From positions 4,072 through 68,071 of IMG/VR virus record IMGVR_UViG_3300042288_001089: DNA of 64,000 nt; one strand, 5' to 3'. The number at the start of each line of letters is the position of its first letter. Positions within the stretch are counted from its first letter, which is position 1. The position numbers and the translations under genes were made by a program. The notes beneath the pieces are model-generated. The model worked only from the letters and a program-made list of their open reading frames with translations, ran no database searches and was not told the origin of the DNA. The stretch comes from a virus. Below, one piece after another: positions 46,801 to 54,658 of this stretch.

Positions 46801-49800
46801 CCCTTAGGCCCAGTCATTTCGACAGGCTTAAACATTTTGTTTATCTCATATGCGCCATCAAGAATGAATGCATTTTTACCGGGGAACTTGGCGTTGAATA
46901 GTGGGTGCTTAACGCCACCTTCTTGGAATTTAGATGCGTACTCTTTTGCCGCATCATCCAGAGATTGCCACTTCTTTTTATTATCTGGGTCTTTTGCCAG
47001 TTCGTTAGATGCGTCAACGATATTCTGTGGCAACCCCTCAACTGATTCAAATCCAGTGACGGCCATTCCCCACATCCCTTCGTTCATATATAGGTCAACC
47101 AACGATGGCTCACCTATTTCACGCATAACTTTCTCTGCATTGATACCAAGCCTATCCATCAATTGCTTGGCGATAAACTTATTCGGCTTCTTAGAAACAT
47201 AACCAATATCTCCTTCAACTCCCTTTACAGAAGCTTTAGGAGTGATACCACCAAGTAGGTTAGATACGAAAGCCCCACGAGCCTTAAAGCTTGCAGGCTT
47301 ATTATCATCCCCTACCTTGTAAGCCATCTCAGAGATCATCTCATCGATGACTTCTGGATTAGACAGGTCTGCCTTTTTATACTTGTTTACAAATTCATTG
47401 TATGCCTTTTCTCCAAATGCATCTTTAAGCAGGACAAGATCCTTACCAAAGAACTCTGACTTAAAATCAGATGACCTTAAAATACTCTTAGGAAGCATTG
47501 AGATACCATCCATTACATACCTGAGTGCATAAGAGTTGCTGAGAATAGATGTAGGTGCTTGGGTTGCTACCATAGTAACACCCTGTTCTGTGCCGAACAC
47601 CTCTGCATTATACTTAACCCATCCTGCTACCTTAGCCAACTGAGTAGTGGCGAATCCTATGTTACTGTCGACATTGTCCTTGATAGACAAGTAAGCAGGT
47701 CCGCCATACATAAATATTTTCTTACCAGACGGAAGGGTTAGTTCACCAACCCTAGTCGGATCAGAATTAATAACAACAGCTTTCCCACCGTAACTATTAT
47801 AAATATCTTCAAGACTTCTTCTTGGGAGATCTTCTACCTCCCTAGACTTATAAACATCAATGCCACGAGATACACTAGCCTGAACAACAATTTCACCACC
47901 GCCAACAACTTCTGGAGATGTAAGATTGTTTACATAATCTTTAACGTTTCCCCTACCTACAATCTCAGCAACATCAGCACCCTTGGTCATCGCCTTGGAT
48001 ATCTCTGTGGCCAGACGCTTAAAGGCGGCGAGATCACTTGTATCTTTAAGCAAAGGTCCTATACCAAACAGCTTGGCTATCTTGTTGATCATCTCAAACA
48101 GGGACTGCTTGAACGATGTGGGTATGTTGCTCAGGTCTACCACCCCGGCAGATATCCTAGCTATTGTATCCACACCAGCCTCATCGTCTTTCTCCTCCTG
48201 AGTCTCATACTGCGGCTGGCCGTCTGCCCATTCCTTGGCTTTAGCAACCCCTTCATTCATTCCTGCAGCCTCTTTCATACCACGCATGAACATATCATAT
48301 AACTTCCTATCGGTGTTCCTTATGATGTTCATTACAGGGTGAACGGCTTCATGCCATACAACCACACCAGCCTCAAGAGCATCTCCCAGCCTTGACTTGT
48401 TTATTACCACTACGCCATTACCGGAATCAAATATGCCTTGCTCAGATTTCATGCCCTGATCAGCAGCCTCCTGATCGTTCTCTACTACAATAAATCGGAT
48501 ACCAAGACTACGAAGTGCCTTTGATGCAACCTCTACAGTACTGGCAACTCTTTGAGCTATCGACCTCTTGGTGACGTCTGTCATTCCAAGTTCCTGACGG
48601 AGCTCTTCTTCTATGACTGATGGAGTAGGGGTGGCTGGTTGAGCTGCCTTCTCTGACTCAACCTGTGAAGGGAGTTTTGCCCTACCCTCGCTGACAGCTT
48701 GATCAATTATTTTCTGAGTATAGGCCTGAGCTTCTTCGTAGGTATTAAACGGAACCTCATTGGCCGGCGCAATATCCTCCCTAACCATGAAGACAACATC
48801 CGGCCTATTCTTTAATGGGGAATCAGGTGCATCCCAACCTATTGGTGCTTGCTTCTCATTGAATGGAACTCTGGCAACAACCTTATACCCGGACTTCTTA
48901 TAGATATCCGTAAGGTATATGTCATAGTTGTCCATGAACAGACCACCCATATCCTTCATCTTGGATATCATGGCCTGTGCAGCACCTTTGGTTTTCACAG
49001 TAGCGTCCTTGACAAGGGATACTATCTCTCCGTTTGGCTTTAAGAGCGATAGGATCTTATTGCCGGCAGCTCTTAAAAACTTACCACCTTGACTGGCGAT
49101 GCTATCATACTTCTCCTGAGTATAAGGAGTGACGGACACGCCTGCAGATCCAAGGCTTGCCATAGCAGACTCCATCTGGGATGCAAAGTTTGTTGCGTCA
49201 GATGTTACCTCTATCTGTTCGGAAGGAAGGGTAGCATCTGTAGAAGCAGCCTGACCTTTGCTTTCATTTTCTAACGCCGCCAGTTCTGCATCATATTTGG
49301 CATTAATGCTTTCTTCCGTATTCTCTATCAGATTCCCATTCGAATCTCTAATTTCTACATTTCTATCAAAGTTGAATGGGCTGTTGAAATTGTCTAACTC
49401 TTCCTTTCTTCTTCTTTCTATGTCAGATTTTCTGGCATCTATTTCCTCTTGGCTGAGGATATTGCGATTGCCAACATTTGTTTCCGTGGCCGTGGCTTGC
49501 CCTTGTATCCCCTCTCCTTGCCCGACTTCTGGTTGTCCAGTTTCAATTCGTGCAGGTTGTACGACACCGCCTTCTGAAAGGCTTTCTTGCTGTTGTTGCT
49601 TGCTGACTTGAGTGGCATATAGTGGGTTTTTATATGAACCATCTGGCAAACCTTCAGAGAATCCTACCCTTTCTTTTGTTTGCTGTAGTTCGTTATTTAA
49701 TGTTTCATCGTTTACTGCTCTTACAAAGTCTGCCGACTTTATTACCTCATCAGCCTTACCAGACTGCTTGAGTTCTTGATATTCAGATACAGACATTACC

Positions 49801-52085
49801 CTCTTGGATCCCTGTCCCCCCGGCAATTCAATTACAATGAACGGCTCCTTATTTTGTATCAGGTTGGATATGCTGTTATTTACTTCTAGCAACTGCTGTT
49901 TGGCTATCTCTTTATTTGCCGGATCCTGTTCGTTTTCTACCTGAGTCTGCAAGTCCTTAGCCCGGCTAGAAAGCACTGACATCATCAACTCCCTGTCTCC
50001 AGATATCCCAGACTCCTCATGCTTTATCTTATTCTGATTAAGCCTGTTAAGTTCTGCGCTATAGTTGTTGTACTCTTTCTGGCTTATCTTACCCGTGTCA
50101 TAGTATTTCCTTACGACCTGCTGTGCAAAGTCTATGCCCTTGTTGTTGAGCATGTCGGTCAGATACTGTATATCTGGCTTTTTTGTGTTTGCGCTTATTG
50201 AACCTATTGCCTTCCCAAGGGCAGACATTCCTGTTGATTGACCTATGGTCGTGACCATTACGTCAACAGCTATTTCTGGGTTCTCTTTTACATACTGCCC
50301 AAACGTACCAGTATACCCACTTTCTTTCGCCTCATTATAGTTCTGTACATATTCTACCGGTATTTCTTCTGCCTGCTCAAGGGCAAATCCTCCTGCAACC
50401 TTAGAAAGCTTATTAGCCTGAAGCAGTTTCATTGTTGACAATCCGCCAAGAAAATAAAACGGAAGTGTTATTTCGTTATTCTCCTTGTACTTTCTTGCCA
50501 CCTTAAATGCTTCCGTAGGGTCACCGGTCTCTTCAAGCTTTTTATTATATATGTCACCAGTGAGCTGCATGCTTTCCATCTGGTAACCAGCTGCACCAGC
50601 TGCTGCTGCTCCAACAGCAGAAGGCAGACCAAGTCCACCGCTGGCTACTGCTAACACAGTAGCGGGTACCATTGTTGGGAGGGATGCTCCTATCGATTGA
50701 CCTGCTCCTGTTATAGCTCTCTTAGTCCATTCAGTCCCGTTCCACTTATACTGTGCCGGCGCAAGTTCTTCCGCTCCCGTCTCTTGATTTCTCAACCACC
50801 TGCTGAAACTATTGTCATAGCCATGCATATTGAGATACCCCCCGAACTGGGAAAGACCGCTCAACAATCCAGATGTAAGAGATTTACCAAGAAGCATTGA
50901 CGCACCAAGTGCTTCATCAACACTCTTCCTTTGTTCGTTCTTTCTTTCATTCAGCCTAAGAGAAGCGTTCTGGTATGCCTTCTGTATTTTTTCCTTTTCG
51001 CTTTGGGGAAGAGAATCGAAAATCCTTTTGTCTGTTATGGAAGCTTCTATCTGTTTTAATTCAGATTCAATCCTAGAATACCTTCTGTTAATCCTAAGGT
51101 TTACATCCCTTACCGCCTTCTGGTATTCCTTGTCTATCTGATTTATAGATGCGTCAAGCTTATTCTTCTCCTGATTGTAAAGTGTGACAGCGGAGTTGTT
51201 GTCTATCAATCCAGACTCTATCTGCTTATTAAGATCCTCGGTGAATTTATTAAAAGACTCAATCTGTTTTGAGCTCAACAGCTTTGCGTTATTAAGAGCT
51301 TTGTCCGCCTCCTTGGATTGCTCATTCTTCAGATCCTCAAGGTTTGATATATTCTGCCTTGAAAGACTATCAAACAGTTGCTGGCCATACTTCTTTGGAT
51401 CAACACCGGTCTTCTGCATCTCTTCTGACAGGTACTTATCAAACTCTGGACGATCCTTTATTTCCTGAGCTCTTTTTTTCATCTCAGCGATCATAGCTGT
51501 TTTAACATATGACCCTGCTCCTGTGCCGGCAGTTACGTTATCTACAAACTCTGTAGCCTTTGCCCTGTCAAAAGTATCTCCCTTGAAGAAGTTTTTGTAG
51601 CCATCATTTTTGAGGGCATCATCTATTGGCTTATATACAAGTTCTGCGTTATCCTTTAACTGCCTGTCCTTTATTTTCTGTGCGCCAGTATATACGTTCT
51701 GTATTTTAGACAGTTCATCCCTTGTTACCTCTGGGCCCATACCCCTAGAAGAGGCTGCGCTTTTTGCAATATTGGATGCATTGTAAAGATCCTGCTCTGC
51801 TTTTTTGGCATTAACAAGTGATGTCTCTAGTGCGCCGTAATCAACCTGCTTGGGAAGCGGTCCTGCCTTTTCCTTACCTATCGATGGGGTTCTTGATTGA
51901 AATCCAAAATATGATTCCGGCTTTACTTCTGATATTCTTCCACCATCTTTTTTTTTACCAAACATCTTCACGAAATCATCTGAGTATTTTGTTACATCCT
52001 CCTCAGATGCACCACCATCCAACATAAGCTTGATGTTATCATCAAGCTCTTTCATCCTTTTGCTATCCAAAATTGATACCGGCAT
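40761..52085 (-). CDS. Giant polyvalent virion/ejected protein (GNAT, zincin, CmoA-like methyltransferase, ART domains)
   Basis: 3774 aa; WHEAVH; YDIGGSEGG...FQF...EEKF; VYHGT...GFYMT...AFNPNQIKSA; located after the tail and internal virion genes. Confidence 0.85.
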   Translation of the reverse strand: MPVSILDSKRMKELDDNIKLMLDGGASEEDVTKYSDDFVKMFGKKKDGGRISEVKPESYFGFQSRTPSIGKEKAGPLPKQVDYGALETSLVNAKKAEQDLYNASNIAKSAASSRGMGPEVTRDELSKIQNVYTGAQKIKDRQLKDNAELVYKPIDDALKNDGYKNFFKGDTFDRAKATEFVDNVTAGTGAGSYVKTAMIAEMKKRAQEIKDRPEFDKYLSEEMQKTGVDPKKYGQQLFDSLSRQNISNLEDLKNEQSKEADKALNNAKLLSSKQIESFNKFTEDLNKQIESGLIDNNSAVTLYNQEKNKLDASINQIDKEYQKAVRDVNLRINRRYSRIESELKQIEASITDKRIFDSLPQSEKEKIQKAYQNASLRLNERKNEQRKSVDEALGASMLLGKSLTSGLLSGLSQFGGYLNMHGYDNSFSRWLRNQETGAEELAPAQYKWNGTEWTKRAITGAGQSIGASLPTMVPATVLAVASGGLGLPSAVGAAAAGAAGYQMESMQLTGDIYNKKLEETGDPTEAFKVARKYKENNEITLPFYFLGGLSTMKLLQANKLSKVAGGFALEQAEEIPVEYVQNYNEAKESGYTGTFGQYVKENPEIAVDVMVTTIGQSTGMSALGKAIGSISANTKKPDIQYLTDMLNNKGIDFAQQVVRKYYDTGKISQKEYNNYSAELNRLNQNKIKHEESGISGDRELMMSVLSSRAKDLQTQVENEQDPANKEIAKQQLLEVNNSISNLIQNKEPFIVIELPGGQGSKRVMSVSEYQELKQSGKADEVIKSADFVRAVNDETLNNELQQTKERVGFSEGLPDGSYKNPLYATQVSKQQQQESLSEGGVVQPARIETGQPEVGQGEGIQGQATATETNVGNRNILSQEEIDARKSDIERRRKEELDNFNSPFNFDRNVEIRDSNGNLIENTEESINAKYDAELAALENESKGQAASTDATLPSEQIEVTSDATNFASQMESAMASLGSAGVSVTPYTQEKYDSIASQGGKFLRAAGNKILSLLKPNGEIVSLVKDATVKTKGAAQAMISKMKDMGGLFMDNYDIYLTDIYKKSGYKVVARVPFNEKQAPIGWDAPDSPLKNRPDVVFMVREDIAPANEVPFNTYEEAQAYTQKIIDQAVSEGRAKLPSQVESEKAAQPATPTPSVIEEELRQELGMTDVTKRSIAQRVASTVEVASKALRSLGIRFIVVENDQEAADQGMKSEQGIFDSGNGVVVINKSRLGDALEAGVVVWHEAVHPVMNIIRNTDRKLYDMFMRGMKEAAGMNEGVAKAKEWADGQPQYETQEEKDDEAGVDTIARISAGVVDLSNIPTSFKQSLFEMINKIAKLFGIGPLLKDTSDLAAFKRLATEISKAMTKGADVAEIVGRGNVKDYVNNLTSPEVVGGGEIVVQASVSRGIDVYKSREVEDLPRRSLEDIYNSYGGKAVVINSDPTRVGELTLPSGKKIFMYGGPAYLSIKDNVDSNIGFATTQLAKVAGWVKYNAEVFGTEQGVTMVATQAPTSILSNSYALRYVMDGISMLPKSILRSSDFKSEFFGKDLVLLKDAFGEKAYNEFVNKYKKADLSNPEVIDEMISEMAYKVGDDNKPASFKARGAFVSNLLGGITPKASVKGVEGDIGYVSKKPNKFIAKQLMDRLGINAEKVMREIGEPSLVDLYMNEGMWGMAVTGFESVEGLPQNIVDASNELAKDPDNKKKWQSLDDAAKEYASKFQEGGVKHPLFNAKFPGKNAFILDGAYEINKMFKPVEMTGPKGGAYTKTAAQMLAGSMYVKGQPVGAEGSFEYTPVSSTAGAIQASAGGRNLVQAAKLDKMMTEDGQGNYVFFHYSGSKFSKLDPDRFGSNLVTGRGENPGVGLSMMYTEPGTIESGIPSEFGYAIKVPMEKVYPFNRDPLNLYDEAEVEFRKVYGDRVAFDANKQVGFITQVAAKKGYPVTVAEWYIGGRKVLRAQTTEKLPVEVYGKGVGNVVNVMPKFEGLKSNRQASAGGRGINVNESGKTIGFFSDVVKGISDKYKPIKEWKPVIGFDSNQQSFKNVFDKYMGNFDLHIATSIPTFRETQVKVGNALVSMFSDPPRAVNSDLENIKNKYKEANQIKTNPAYTKVDANLFREISDYHKNAKDDRKNPEMAKSYEAFLNETLKQYQELVDAGYKIEPWLKDGEPYGVNSSEMRKDVLENKHLYYLRSRSSTGEANENESAENYAPFRSTGIVINGDDVLFNDLFRAVHDIFGHAMVSNTFSTQGEFDAYNTHSPMYSEKAQKALFLETVVYNAYYSTNKSYAPRKIYDVPNRFIESTKPLVYDIGGSEGGFVKAITESSGGSIKTINLDPNPDMREVHEAKPVEGSKFVEEAFYEGFDYEGKTYKKHKPKSKSDIVHESMVFQFITDRRDHFVKEIADNYLKNNGLFVTEEKFSQDAEVYNKNEKKKSAYKDIYYTKEQQAMKSDDVLVGMKENQANIDYYKNVLLDNFKHVVQYWDSGNFKGFAASNSKEVVDNFVKKVGSTTSEFSTEKTPNDVSIQASAGGRNLDKIISDAKANGTYMKAPNGKPTNLNERQWAQVRTPEFKNWFGDWENDPENASKVVDENGEPMVVYHGTKSKFDQFEYNRISWEARLAQQGPGFYMTDNKKAASEYGNPMNVFTNLLNPLVITVRSNNITKEQAYQLFSNGDNNWFYDSYLPFYTKSEGLSKSDLIKKYVDDMFGVDGSDKEVLQNIKRSYKQDTSYGKMMSDVASIIGSDGVIEKVSKGLSVYVAFNPNQIKSATENTGAFSTTDNRIQASAGPRPEQTKQFKLAAYVMRKISEGADKLELITGIASVMPEMSPQDIKDLIDDPEGWLRNQFPAMTVLQRNNLVERAKLQNIYRNRQFGKPIDAAFTGLEVPMDRIQEYLEKNKISDRASWAENFKKKWFDPAKGLPDWVLAMKDFAGGAKNIEIARAARTVEQLKIVAKSINFSDWDTFSKALKDARGVSQIMPNEVVLASQPNFPEESPSIIPPSIAALPAEIVPFVYKMRGQIDNLTKDLVGSGYVTPEQSIVLQNNIGAYVNRSYRMFNDSFYKPSKEVMNEAIKYLADQYIKQMATDKAGMLTLEQIERDAIVKAQRDVEDILNKNRNPYFNAGSVDKRNPGILKERKDIPEPIRKLMGEYTDPGIVFMMTVTKQAALKSSSQFLSNLRDKGMGTLFFEKNDPERPASHSVQIASTGTESMSPLGGLYTTPEIYESLQAVEPTYNNLTNAWMRMVGAVRYGKTVLSLATQLKNIESNLGFAVMNGIVYTGNSFGAAKDSWAYVKGQYSKSDIDEITEKVIRLNLVGQSVGAREIASMLSSGDVHDIALDMALSSEGMWKKRVTKRINPFPAFNKAYRIGDDFWKVYGYINERELVSKARFGGTYSSLTEEQQAKVDLESSERVKNTWPTYDRVWEGAKFVSKNAPIFGDFISFQAESLRVLANTIKIANEDIKDPEMRAVGMRRMAGIAAYLGFRSAVTIGVAKLFGFAAAGILGAIMGDDDEERRKNAIREALPPFMRTGDLLIIPSKTAPHKYTVLNLSSLDPYGLIPSSMNALTEGREGIFGRTMDPGVPAALAELFSPFLGPEMTFDAMWSLMQNRNLKTGNNIVLETDGPADAFDKSIAYTWSRLKPSTYSMIERLIKNENKSAEAWAIIGARPYEVDLHEAWGFALSRMYSDMDGISREYNAIKYNKKYTPEEIKAAQEEAESKKEAIISRYNKLYQDFILTGADPKILDEQINERSAIRVTGFDKQTKIGIKTGKVKKGGLYK

Positions 52086-52095
52086 CAGATATTAT

Positions 52096-53529
52096 TTATT
52101 CAAAGATTGGTTTGCCTGTCTTTGGGTCTATCCCCTTGTATGATCTTTTTGCTGGAGCAGCCGTTTTTTGTTTGCCCTTTGATGCTGCAGCATTTTTGGC
52201 TTTAGTCCCGAGTGGGGCATTTGCCTTTATGTTTGTTCCGACATCAGATAGATAGGTTATTGGCTGGTTCGCCTTTATTACTGTGTTTCCTGCCTCATCA
52301 AGGATGTCGTTGTTGGCAGCGTATATGCCTATCCTGTTGTCAGGTGTTTTCTTAATGTAGATGTTTGATATATTTACATCAACACCTGTGGACTTCTTGG
52401 CGGCATTAATTATAAACTCAGACTCAGTATTCTCAAGCTCATTAACCGGAGCACCCATGCCCGGCCTTACACTACTTGCAAGTGCATATATTTTACCGTA
52501 AGAATCTATGTACGCCTGATCTACAGATTTTGATCCACCCCCCGAACCTCCACCAGATGGCTTCTCCCTATCTACGGTTGATTTGAGTGTGAAGTCTGGC
52601 TCACTGATGTTGTTAAGATAGTTTGTGAGATAAAGCCTCTTGGCAACCTCTACGGTTCCAGCATTATCAGGATCCATATATCCCGGATCCGTTGGCTTTT
52701 TGCCGATATTGTTTTTTATGATAAGGTCATTGGCACCGGCGTTGATTGTCATCTTTGTCCTGAAGTCCATTGGTCCTTCAGAATAATTATAGAACTGGTC
52801 AAACACGTCCTTTGATACAAGTCCATCCGAGTCTACCTTAAGGCTAGGCTTGTATACCCTTAGCCCTGTAGACGGATCTTTGTCCTGCTTCATCTCATAC
52901 CAGAAAGGTATCTTCGCCGTATAGTCAGACACCAGTTTCATGTTGCCGGTGCGGTCAGAACTTATAACTCCAGACTGGGTGAACTTGGGTGACTTGGCGA
53001 TAATATTATTCAGGGTCTTGATTCCTGCCTCCCGGTTTACCACAAGGTCCGGTCTGGTCTCTATCACCTTAGCTACGAATTCATTCCCATTACCAAGGGC
53101 GGAAGGATCGCTTATGTTCCTGAGTATATACTCAGAGGATGCTGCGTATATGTTCTTTGGATTGACGCTAAAGTTTTTGTCAATACCTTTTACGGCCTGA
53201 TCAACTTCTTCCTTGAATTGCTTTATAGACCTGTCAACGTTGGCGATATTGTTTGCATACTGTGCGGCCATCATAGAGAGATCCGCCGTGCTATACTTTT
53301 TAGACCTTATGCTCTCAACAAGACTACCGAGATAAGCATTTGCATAACGATCCCTGACATCAGTGTCGATGTTCTTCATTTGTTCCACCAACTGCATAGG
53401 CAGAGCAGACTGAACCTTTTCATCATCCAGTCTTGCCTTCTGCTGAAGCAACTGCTCCTGCCTCTTGGACCTCGCCAAGCTCATCAGATAAGAACTTGGA
53501 GCCTCACTATATCTTATCGGTGTAGGCAT
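52096..53529 (-). CDS. Putative internal virion/ejection protein
   Basis: 477 aa; position. Confidence 0.55.
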   Translation of the reverse strand: MPTPIRYSEAPSSYLMSLARSKRQEQLLQQKARLDDEKVQSALPMQLVEQMKNIDTDVRDRYANAYLGSLVESIRSKKYSTADLSMMAAQYANNIANVDRSIKQFKEEVDQAVKGIDKNFSVNPKNIYAASSEYILRNISDPSALGNGNEFVAKVIETRPDLVVNREAGIKTLNNIIAKSPKFTQSGVISSDRTGNMKLVSDYTAKIPFWYEMKQDKDPSTGLRVYKPSLKVDSDGLVSKDVFDQFYNYSEGPMDFRTKMTINAGANDLIIKNNIGKKPTDPGYMDPDNAGTVEVAKRLYLTNYLNNISEPDFTLKSTVDREKPSGGGSGGGSKSVDQAYIDSYGKIYALASSVRPGMGAPVNELENTESEFIINAAKKSTGVDVNISNIYIKKTPDNRIGIYAANNDILDEAGNTVIKANQPITYLSDVGTNIKANAPLGTKAKNAAASKGKQKTAAPAKRSYKGIDPKTGKPIFE

Positions 53530-53531
53530 CT

Positions 53532-54236
53532 TTATTGTTTTCTTGTTCTTTCTATTGCCTGAAAGGCATAGTTAGGGTTGATTGCAGGCTGAGCCGACCT
53601 AGCTGTTATAGGCCTCCTGTCTATAGTCTGCATGCCCGGAGGGATTCTGACATCTGGAACCGCACTTGTTGCAGGTGACCCATACTGAGATCCGGCGATC
53701 ATCATGCCGGCAGCATTCTGAAGTCCTCCGACAATACTCTGCCAGCCAGCACTACGCATTTGCTCCTTAAGCTGAACATCCTGCATCCTCTTGCGCTCGT
53801 CCATGTTCCACTTCGCCTGCTCTTCTCCCATCATGGTTCTCTCTGCACCGAAGAGTGTGGCAAGCCTGTTCTGGTACGCCTGCTGCTCCTGTAGGCCTTG
53901 TTGGTACATCGCTTGATTGGTTCCAGCCTGAAGACCTGCAGCGGCTGCAAGAGCCTGTGAGGAGCTTGTGGCTGACCTCTGTACCCCTGCCATACTTCCA
54001 GCCTGTAAGGCAAGTATGCCCCTCTGCTGTGCGGCTGCAAACGGATTCCTAGCATTGAGCTGAGCCTGTGCCAGTCCCTGCATTCTTCTTGCAGACTGGC
54101 TGATCTCGTAAGGTTTGTACTCCGCAGGCTTTATCTTCTTGGCACGGCTTATGTCGGAGATACCCTTCCCGATACCTGCTGCGGCTCCAACACCAGCGGT
54201 TATCAATCCAGCAGTTAATAATCCTCCTAAAGGCAT
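53532..54236 (-). CDS. Putative ejection (pilot) protein
   Basis: A/G/Q-rich with hydrophobic G/A N-terminus MPLGGLLTAG. Confidence 0.6.
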   Translation of the reverse strand: MPLGGLLTAGLITAGVGAAAGIGKGISDISRAKKIKPAEYKPYEISQSARRMQGLAQAQLNARNPFAAAQQRGILALQAGSMAGVQRSATSSSQALAAAAGLQAGTNQAMYQQGLQEQQAYQNRLATLFGAERTMMGEEQAKWNMDERKRMQDVQLKEQMRSAGWQSIVGGLQNAAGMMIAGSQYGSPATSAVPDVRIPPGMQTIDRRPITARSAQPAINPNYAFQAIERTRKQ

Positions 54237-54628
54237 AGTTTTGTTATTGAGTGTCCATCGTAATTTACCTTCCATTCCTCACGCATGCCCATCTTCTTCA
54301 ACCAGTTTATTGCTCTCTCGTTTTTTGTCCATAACAGACAGGAGAATTCTCCCCCGAGCCGGTCACATATCTCGCCAAAGAATTCCTTCAGCCTCTCAGG
54401 GGTTCTGCTATCTATGTGAACCCCGAAACTTATCAGCATCCCCGGCGCATAACAGAAGTATGCATCATCCATTTCCACGAAGTATGTCTCATAAAGAAGA
54501 TCATACTCCATCAGCTTTAACCATATATCATGAGCCACATCGTCAATGCTGCCCACTGTTCTGGTAGGGTCGTAGAGTTTTATGATCTCCTCATCACCCT
54601 CGAATACTCTCTTGATGGCTGATAACAT
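54227..54628 (-). CDS. GNAT-like protein
   Basis: LWTKNERAINWLKKMG; TAAATTTG promoter element at 54632-54639 just upstream. Confidence 0.5.
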   Translation of the reverse strand: MLSAIKRVFEGDEEIIKLYDPTRTVGSIDDVAHDIWLKLMEYDLLYETYFVEMDDAYFCYAPGMLISFGVHIDSRTPERLKEFFGEICDRLGGEFSCLLWTKNERAINWLKKMGMREEWKVNYDGHSITKLCL

Positions 54629-54658
54629 ACACAAATTTAACCATTATTGTACAATTAA

